A stretch of 22,881 nucleotides of DNA, filler included, from Methanobacteriota archaeon (GTDB lineage Archaea; JACRDV01): the NCBI GenBank assembly GCA_024860865.1. It is 2 parts of 2 records of this genome, joined end to end, with 100 filler letters (N's around TTAATTAATTAA, not from the genome) between each part and the next. Parts side by side here need not be neighbours in the genome. Positions count along the whole stretch, not along the records: positions 6,557 to 22,881 come from JACRDV010000055.1; 1 more part is not named here. One strand, given 5' to 3'. Under the pieces are notes generated by a model. That model was not told where the DNA came from. It was given only the letters and a program-made list of their open reading frames with translations, and did no database searches. Within the stretch, counting starts at the first letter, position 1; each line of letters opens with the position of its first letter. Position numbers and translations under genes: made by a program. This document shows positions 17,332 to 22,881 of the stretch, in pieces.

Positions 17332-18036
17332 ATGGTCGTGAGCATAGAGAAAGCGATAGTTGCTCGACTTGAAACACATGGAACTAAATTTGAAGTTTTA
17401 GTTGACCCTGATGGTGCGCTGGCAATCAAAGAAGAGAAACCAATTGATCTCCGTGAAATTTTAGCTATAGATCAAGTCTTTAAAGATGCTCGAAAAGGTG
17501 ATAGGGTCTCAGAGGAACTAATGGAACAAATTTTTGGAACGACCGACCCATACAAAGTTGCAGAACAAATTATTAAAAAGGGTGAAATTCAGCTAACCTC
17601 TGAACAACGCAAACGCATGTTAGATGAGAAAAAAAAGCGGATTATTGCTGAGATTTCTAAGCATGCTGTTAATCCACAGACTGGAGCACCTCATCCTCCT
17701 CATCGTATTGAAAAAGCGATTGAGGAAGCAGGAGCGCACGTTGACCCCTTCAAGAAGGTAGAAGAACAAATTCCAATTATAATTAAAGCACTTAGGCCCA
17801 TACTCCCAATTAAGCTCGAAAAAGCCACCATCGCAGTAAAGATCCCTCCTACCTACACAGGAAAGGTTTATGGTGCAATAAAAGGATTCGGTGAAATCAA
17901 GCGCGAAGAGTGGCATAAAGATGGTTCTTGGATTGCATTAGTTGAAATACCAGCAGGCATGCAAGACGAGTTCTACACGATACTAAATAATTTAACAAAG
18001 GGAGAAGTTCAAACAAAGCTTGTAAAGAGAGCGTGA
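17332..18036 (+). CDS. Ribosome maturation factor SBDS/Sdo1
   Basis: KFEVLVDP, FKDARKGD, GEIQLT.EQR, NPQT..PHPP.RIE and IPAGMQ. Confidence 0.96.
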   Translation: MVVSIEKAIVARLETHGTKFEVLVDPDGALAIKEEKPIDLREILAIDQVFKDARKGDRVSEELMEQIFGTTDPYKVAEQIIKKGEIQLTSEQRKRMLDEKKKRIIAEISKHAVNPQTGAPHPPHRIEKAIEEAGAHVDPFKKVEEQIPIIIKALRPILPIKLEKATIAVKIPPTYTGKVYGAIKGFGEIKREEWHKDGSWIALVEIPAGMQDEFYTILNNLTKGEVQTKLVKRA

Positions 18037-18040
18037 GGTT

Positions 18041-18742
18041 ATGGCAGTGTTCGTTGAGAATAGATCCTTAGTAATACCTGGAGATTTGATTGCAGAAGGC
18101 AACTTTAAAGCAAGTGATGGGACGTTTCAAGAGCAGGATAGAATATATGCCTCAGTGCTCGGCTTAGTGGACGTTGGTCCTAACAAAACTATTAGGGTAA
18201 TTCCATTTGCTGGCAAGTATATGCCGAAGATCAATGATGTTGTGATAGGGAAAGTCGTTGATTTGAGATTTATTACTTGGATCATTGATATTAATGCCCC
18301 TTATCTTGCTGACTTGCATGCCAATGAAGTTTTAGATCGAAAAGTGGACCTCACCGAAATTGATTTGCTACGCTTTTATGATGTTGGGGACTTATTAATA
18401 TCAAAAGTAATTGATATCGATGAGGAAAAAAATATCCGCCTTACAACCAAGGCTCCTGGCCTTGGGAAACTCCACGGAGGGCGACTTGTAAAAATTTCTC
18501 CTGTAAAAGTTCCAAGAATTATAGGCCGCAGTGGTTCTATGATTAAGCTAATAAAAGATGAAACTAAATGTGAAATTCTTGCAAGCTCAAATGGGCGCGT
18601 ATGGATTAAAGGAAAAGATTCTAATCTTGAAAATCTTGCTATCCAAGCCATCTTAAAAATTGAACAAGAAGCTCATACAACGGGTTTAACTGATCGCATA
18701 AAAGAAATGCTTCAAAAAGAAAGGGGTGAAAAAATTGGCTAA
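18041..18742 (+). CDS. rrp4: Exosome RNA-binding cap protein Rrp4
   Basis: [15 protein letters not shown] (S1), [12 protein letters not shown] (KH), NGRVWI and [11 protein letters not shown]. Confidence 0.96.
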   Translation: MAVFVENRSLVIPGDLIAEGNFKASDGTFQEQDRIYASVLGLVDVGPNKTIRVIPFAGKYMPKINDVVIGKVVDLRFITWIIDINAPYLADLHANEVLDRKVDLTEIDLLRFYDVGDLLISKVIDIDEEKNIRLTTKAPGLGKLHGGRLVKISPVKVPRIIGRSGSMIKLIKDETKCEILASSNGRVWIKGKDSNLENLAIQAILKIEQEAHTTGLTDRIKEMLQKERGEKIG

Positions 18743-19460
18743 AGTTGGAGCTCCTGAAAAGCTCATCACTAAAGATGGACTTAGGTTGGATGGGAGACGT
18801 CTTGACGAACCTCGTCCAGTAAAATTAGAAGTAGGTATTTTAAAAAGAGCTGATGGTTCTGCTTATATTGAGCAGGGAAGAAACAAAATTTTAGCTGCAG
18901 TATATGGCCCTCGAGAATTGCATCCAAGGCACCTTCAAAAGCCAGATACGGCCTTAGTCAGATGTAGATACAATATGTCGCCCTTTTCAGTGCCAGAGCG
19001 CAGAAGACCAGGTCCAGACCGTAGAACCATTGAAATATCTAAGGTCGCTCGAGAGGCTTTTGAGCAGGCAATATTTGCTGAGCACTATCCTCGAGCAGGA
19101 ATAGATATCTTTATTGAAGTTTTAGAGGCTGATGCCGGGACAAGATGTGCGGGAATCACTGCTGCTTCACTCGCGCTCGCTGATGCAGGCATCCCGATGA
19201 AAGATCTTGTTTCAGCGATAGCTGTTGGAAAAATCGATGGCCAAGTTGTTCTAGATTTAACTGGTATAGAAGACAATTATGGTCAAACAGATATGCCTGT
19301 TGCTATGATGCCTCGCAGAAATGAGATAACTCTCTTACAAATGGATGGACACTTTACTTCAGAAGAATTTGAACAGGCACTAGAACTTGCGATTAAAGGC
19401 TGTAAGATATTATATGAAAAACAACGCGAAGCGCTTAAAACCAAATATGGAGGACCTTAA
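18735..19460 (+). CDS. rrp41: Exosome catalytic core subunit Rrp41
   Basis: [37 protein letters not shown] and QMDG. TTG at 18735 after a GGGGTGA SD is preferred. Confidence 0.97.
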   Translation: MAKVGAPEKLITKDGLRLDGRRLDEPRPVKLEVGILKRADGSAYIEQGRNKILAAVYGPRELHPRHLQKPDTALVRCRYNMSPFSVPERRRPGPDRRTIEISKVAREAFEQAIFAEHYPRAGIDIFIEVLEADAGTRCAGITAASLALADAGIPMKDLVSAIAVGKIDGQVVLDLTGIEDNYGQTDMPVAMMPRRNEITLLQMDGHFTSEEFEQALELAIKGCKILYEKQREALKTKYGGP

Positions 19461-20249
19461 ATGGCTGATATCATCGCAGAAATAAAGAAAGATTACATTT
19501 ATAGCCTTGCTGAAAAAGACATGCGCGTTGATGGGCGTTCTCTAGATCAATATCGCCCAATTTCACTTGAAACTGGAAAAATGGGAAGAGCCCAAGGCTC
19601 TGCTATAGTTAAAATTGGTAATACACAAGTGATAGTCGGCACAAAGCTTGAAATTGGAGAACCTTTTCCAGACACGCCCAATGAAGGTGTTTTAACTGTA
19701 AATGCTGAACTAGTTCCACTTGCTTCTCCAACTTTTGAACCTGGCCCACCAGATGAAAATGCAATCGAATTAGCGAGGGTTGTAGATAGAGGAATTCGAG
19801 AATCAGATGCAATCAAACTCGACAATCTTTGCCTTATTGAAGGTGAGAAAGTTTGGGTAACTTTTGTAGATATTCATGTTATAGATCATGACGGCAATCT
19901 GATTGATGCATCTGCGCTTGGGGCAATTTCTGCTTTATTAAATACAAGGTTGCCAGCAACTAAGGTTGAAGGGAAGGAAATTGTAATCGAAGAAGGAGAA
20001 ACTGTTCCATTACCAGTAGTGCAAAAACCAGTTGCTTGTACATTTGCAAAAATTAACGGTAAGCTAATGCTCGATCCTAGCTTAGATGAAGAGCACATAA
20101 TGGAAACCAGAGTTACTGTGACCACCGATGCTGATGGCAATATTCGAGCAATGCAAAAAGGAATTGCTGGCTATCTCACTAAAGAAGAGTTGATTAAAGC
20201 TGTTCAAATTGCCCGAGAGAGATCTCAAGAGTTACGAAAATTTTTGTGA
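19461..20249 (+). CDS. rrp42: Exosome core subunit Rrp42
   Basis: RVDGR, GEPFPDTPNEG, FEPGPPDENAIELARVVDRGIRES and DHDGNLIDA. Confidence 0.97.
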   Translation: MADIIAEIKKDYIYSLAEKDMRVDGRSLDQYRPISLETGKMGRAQGSAIVKIGNTQVIVGTKLEIGEPFPDTPNEGVLTVNAELVPLASPTFEPGPPDENAIELARVVDRGIRESDAIKLDNLCLIEGEKVWVTFVDIHVIDHDGNLIDASALGAISALLNTRLPATKVEGKEIVIEEGETVPLPVVQKPVACTFAKINGKLMLDPSLDEEHIMETRVTVTTDADGNIRAMQKGIAGYLTKEELIKAVQIARERSQELRKFL

Positions 20250-20258
20250 GGATAATCA

Positions 20259-20522
20259 TTGGGTCGAACAAAAAAGATAGGAATTTCCGGGCGCTTTGGG
20301 CCTAGATATGGCATGAAAATCCGCCGTATGGTTGCTGAAATTGAAGAGAAGCAAAGAAAATACCATAGATGCCCAAGCTGTGGGAATATTAGGGTCAAAA
20401 GATTAGGTACAGGGATCTGGAAATGCAAAAAATGTGGAGTTACTTTTGCAGGTGGAGCTTACATTCCGGAGACAGGAATTGTAAAAGTTGCAGAAAGTAC
20501 AATAAAAATTTCTAAAAGGTGA
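20259..20522 (+). CDS. rpl37ae: 50S ribosomal protein L37Ae
   Basis: [20 protein letters not shown] and FAGGAY.P. Confidence 0.97.
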   Translation: MGRTKKIGISGRFGPRYGMKIRRMVAEIEEKQRKYHRCPSCGNIRVKRLGTGIWKCKKCGVTFAGGAYIPETGIVKVAESTIKISKR

Positions 20523-20527
20523 ATAAT

Positions 20528-20662
20528 TTGTACAAATGCACTAAGTGTGGCAGAGCCATTGAACTTGACCCGGAATTTGGTGCAATTCGGTGCCCATATT
20601 GTGGCTGTAGGTTGCTATTTAAAGAACGCCCGCCAGTTGTAAAAAAAGTTAAAGCTATCTAA
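20528..20662 (+). CDS. rpoP: DNA-directed RNA polymerase subunit P (Rpo12), 44 aa; too short for the ORF track
   Basis: Manual translation from [55 protein letters not shown]; canonical position after rpl37ae. Confidence 0.95.
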   Translation: MYKCTKCGRAIELDPEFGAIRCPYCGCRLLFKERPPVVKKVKAI

Positions 20663-20665
20663 AGC

Positions 20666-20680
20666 TTTATTTCTTTTTTT
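20666..20680 (+). terminator. Oligo-T archaeal terminator after rpoP
   Basis: TTTATTTCTTTTTTT immediately after the rpoP stop, between convergent genes. Confidence 0.55.
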
Positions 20681-20690
20681 AAAATGAAAG

Positions 20691-21071
20691 TTAGATTGAT
20701 TTTAAAAGCCATCTTTTTATTTTCAGGCTATGTCTATAATATCCGTAAATCATCGTAAGCATCCCTGCGATTATGGCAGCAGAACTATAACCAAGAAGCA
20801 TTAAGACTCCGAACAAAGAGAGCAACAAAGTCTGATTTGCTTTTCCTATAAATTCTTCTCGTATTCCTACTAAGTATTTGCAATAATCTCCTTTAATAAA
20901 GCAGATTCCTTTACAATCATAAAGCCGATACGAGTCTGGGTCAATCTTACACTTAGATTTTAAAACAGTATCATAGAAAGGGCATTCATTTGGGTTAGAA
21001 GTATACTTCTGCAATCGAGCTTTCGCTCGATCTTCTCTTTTGCAAGGGTCAAATCGACTCACTTTCTTCAA
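20691..21071 (-). CDS. Orphan Cys-rich membrane protein A (126 aa; 6-Cys head, two C-terminal TM helices)
   Basis: Cys at positions 10, 30, 41, 53, 57 and 64. Hydrophobic LLLSLFGVLMLLGYSSAAIIAGMLTMIYGYY, then a basic tail. Paralogous to the neighbouring gene. Confidence 0.7.
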   Translation of the reverse strand: MKKVSRFDPCKREDRAKARLQKYTSNPNECPFYDTVLKSKCKIDPDSYRLYDCKGICFIKGDYCKYLVGIREEFIGKANQTLLLSLFGVLMLLGYSSAAIIAGMLTMIYGYYRHSLKIKRWLLKSI

Positions 21072-21075
21072 TCAC

Positions 21076-21393
21076 TCATAAAGTCCTTTTTAATTTTATA
21101 TCACTAGTTTCCCACTTTACATGCGAACCTACTTTATACATGATGTAGCAATAAGCTATTACAAATCCACCTAAGGATGCGGCCACAGCATAATATCCAA
21201 GAAGTGTTAAAACTCCGAACGATGCTATAAGCGTTCCCAACAATTTTCCTCGCGCGGTAAGAAATTGTTTTTTCTTTTCATTCATCTCTGCTTCTTCACA
21301 CTCATCGAGAACTGAACACAATTCGCAAAGTTCTGGATTTAAACTCCATTGTTTAGAGTATTCTTTAAAACACAATGGTTTTCTACTCATCAT
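21076..21393 (-). CDS. Orphan Cys-rich membrane protein B (~105 aa; C-x14-C-x2-C-x5-C head, two TM helices)
   Basis: KPLCFKEYSKQWSLNPELCELCSVLDEC and LLGTLIASFGVLTLLGYYAVAASLGGFVIAYCY. Start is either ATG 21393 or TTG 21399. Confidence 0.7.
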   Translation of the reverse strand: MMSRKPLCFKEYSKQWSLNPELCELCSVLDECEEAEMNEKKKQFLTARGKLLGTLIASFGVLTLLGYYAVAASLGGFVIAYCYIMYKVGSHVKWETSDIKLKRTL

Positions 21394-21447
21394 ACTCAAA
21401 CCACGAAGAATTTTTTAAGTGACATTTTTTAGTAAAAATACTTAAAT

Positions 21448-21639
21448 TTAGTTAAGACGGATGTCGGACGAATAACTTTTTGGAGATACTAAAACAAGTT
21501 GTAAGTTTTTGCTGCGCGATACTAAGTTAACATTTATGGTTTTGCTATAAACATGTCTTCTGAGAAACAGAATAGGCCACACGAACACAGCTCCAATTAT
21601 CACAACCAAAGTCAACGAAAGTAAAGCGATATTTGGCAA
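21448..21639 (-). CDS. Small single-TM hypothetical protein or gene remnant
   Basis: Hydrophobic IALLSLTLVVIIGAVFVWPILFL followed by RRH. Strong SD-like GAGGGGG at 21657-21663. Confidence 0.4.
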   Translation of the reverse strand: MPNIALLSLTLVVIIGAVFVWPILFLRRHVYSKTINVNLVSRSKNLQLVLVSPKSYSSDIRLN

Positions 21640-21870
21640 AGTTTCTTTAATGTTAACCCCCTCAAAAAAATCTAGGCTTAATTCCAGAAATATCTAATCC
21701 AATATTTCTGATGTGATACTGCATTGGAATATGTAGTTCATATTTCTCAGTGATAATAGTCTCTTTGCACTATGATCTACTAAATTCGTAATGATAGGTA
21801 AATCAGAAGCACTTGAAGAAATTCAAGCAATAAACAGCCATCAAAACAAGTTTAAAAAATAAGGCCGTGA

Positions 21871-21890
21871 AGGAAAATTAGGTTATATAA
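21871..21890 (+). promoter_or_regulatory. BRE/TATA promoter for pcc1-pfdB-DUF3194
   Basis: Purine-rich AGGAAAA followed by TTATATAA (21883-21890). GAGGT SD at 21936-21940 before ATG 21945. Confidence 0.55.
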
Positions 21891-21944
21891 AATAGGTAAA
21901 ACGATCATTAAAATCTAAGTTTAAGTGTAGAAATAGAGGTTATT

Positions 21945-22217
21945 ATGCCGCTTAAATCGATTGCCGAGAACGCATTTACAAAAATTGAAATAGAATTTCC
22001 CGATGAAAAAGCTGCTCGAATCATCTATAGGGCGCTTTTGCCAGAGGTTAACTCATTACCAAGCGAAAGAGTTAAAGTAAGTTTATCAACAAGTAAGAAC
22101 ACTCTTTCGATGGAAATTAATGCACTGGATACTGTTGCTTTGCGTGCAGCGGTAAATTCATATTTACGTTGGATTATTTTAGCTCGAGAAATTTATGAAC
22201 TAAAGGAGGAAAAATAG
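21945..22217 (+). CDS. pcc1: KEOPS complex subunit Pcc1
   Basis: ARIIYRALLPE...INALDTVALRAAVNSYLRWI; located upstream of pfdB. Confidence 0.93.
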   Translation: MPLKSIAENAFTKIEIEFPDEKAARIIYRALLPEVNSLPSERVKVSLSTSKNTLSMEINALDTVALRAAVNSYLRWIILAREIYELKEEK

Positions 22218-22579
22218 TGGCCCAGGAAGTACCACCAAAAGTTCAACATCAGCTCGCACAATTCCAGCAGCTTCAGCAGCAAGCACAAGCTATTATTAAT
22301 CAAAAGTTTCAATTGCAACTTCAATTAAAAGAAACTGAAAGAGCTCTAGAAGAACTCGGTAAACTGACAACAGAGTCTGAGGTTTATAAGAGTGTTGGAG
22401 TTTTGCTAATAAAATCCGATAAACCTGTTTTAGAAAAAGAATTAAACGAAAAAAAGGAAACACTTGATTTGCGCATTAAGACAATTGAAAAACAAGAAGA
22501 AAGAATACGCAAACGGCTTGAAGAATTGCAACAACAGCTAAGACAAGCTCTTGGAGTTCCTACTCCGCCTGCTGGTTAA
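22217..22579 (+). CDS. pfdB: Prefoldin subunit beta
   Basis: PPKVQ.QL.QFQQLQQQ coiled coil, VYKSVG.LLI hairpin and a second coiled coil. Confidence 0.96.
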   Translation: MAQEVPPKVQHQLAQFQQLQQQAQAIINQKFQLQLQLKETERALEELGKLTTESEVYKSVGVLLIKSDKPVLEKELNEKKETLDLRIKTIEKQEERIRKRLEELQQQLRQALGVPTPPAG

Positions 22580-22581
22580 CT

Positions 22582-22881
22582 ATGGTCGAATATTTTGGAT
22601 TGCCAAAGTTGAGCGATGAACAACTAAATGCTCTATGTTCAGCAGTCGATGGAGTAGCGCGAAATTACGTTTTTTCCCATATTTCAAAAAAAGATGTAAT
22701 AGAGCTCAGTGTACAGATCGAAGCAGATCAAAACGATATATTAAATCTAACGATCGATATCGATCTCGAGGTTGATCCTTTCTTGGAATTGAATGTTGAT
22801 AAACTAGCGGAAGAGGCATTAGATTTTGCATTTAAAGCTGCTGAAGAAAAACTTCAAAAAATTGCAAGTGTGGTTAAGTAA
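22582..22881 (+). CDS. DUF3194-like conserved archaeal protein
   Basis: GLPKLSDEQL...YVFSHISKKDV..L.V.I...KLAEEAL..AF. Position after pfdB fits this family. Confidence 0.7.
   Translation: MVEYFGLPKLSDEQLNALCSAVDGVARNYVFSHISKKDVIELSVQIEADQNDILNLTIDIDLEVDPFLELNVDKLAEEALDFAFKAAEEKLQKIASVVK

Noticed and set aside
6908-20428. Many antisense ORFs of 60-170 aa overlapping housekeeping genes
   Set aside because: Shadow ORFs with Ser/Ile/Phe-rich antisense composition, overlapping strongly conserved genes and lacking motifs.
20663-21870. Terminal inverted repeats or target-site duplication bounding the orphan cassette
   Set aside because: Only weak low-complexity A/T similarity between the ends; no convincing repeat and no recombinase.
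1-22881. tRNA, rRNA, C/D-box sRNA or CRISPR arrays
   Set aside because: No cloverleaf, GC-rich structured stretch, well-spaced C/D box pair or regularly spaced repeats were seen by eye. Small RNAs cannot be excluded without Infernal/tRNAscan.

Overview
Archaeal DNA, probably an uncultured euryarchaeote-like assembly (inferred from gene content and order). It consists of two contigs joined by an artificial 100-nt spacer (N44-TTAATTAATTAA-N44, 6457-6556). The left contig starts with an AT-rich, decaying toxin-antitoxin island (1-2416): an intact AbiEi-like antitoxin, an AbiEii/DUF6036-like nucleotidyltransferase broken by two in-frame stops, an ISH3-type transposase remnant, a truncated PIN/VapC toxin and an intact RHH antitoxin. 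Next come a COG1223-type AAA ATPase, the thpR-cca pair and the 3' end of a nicotinate phosphoribosyltransferase. The right contig carries apgM-glmM-glmU, a DUF2095 gene and ychF-serA-CBS, then the archaeal exosome/proteasome/RNase P superoperon (rpl15e, DUF54, rnp3, rnp2, psmA, SBDS, rrp4, rrp41, rrp42, rpl37ae, rpoP, pcc1, pfdB, DUF3194). Three observations stand out. (i) An antisense cassette of small orphan membrane proteins lies between rpoP and pcc1; two of them share a duplicated 2-TM anchor but carry different Cys-rich heads. (ii) At least three genes have conserved N-termini with no ATG/GTG/TTG and appear to start at SD-led CTG, ATA or ATT codons. (iii) Both TA modules have lost the toxin and kept the antitoxin. 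All family calls come from motif recognition; no database searches were run.
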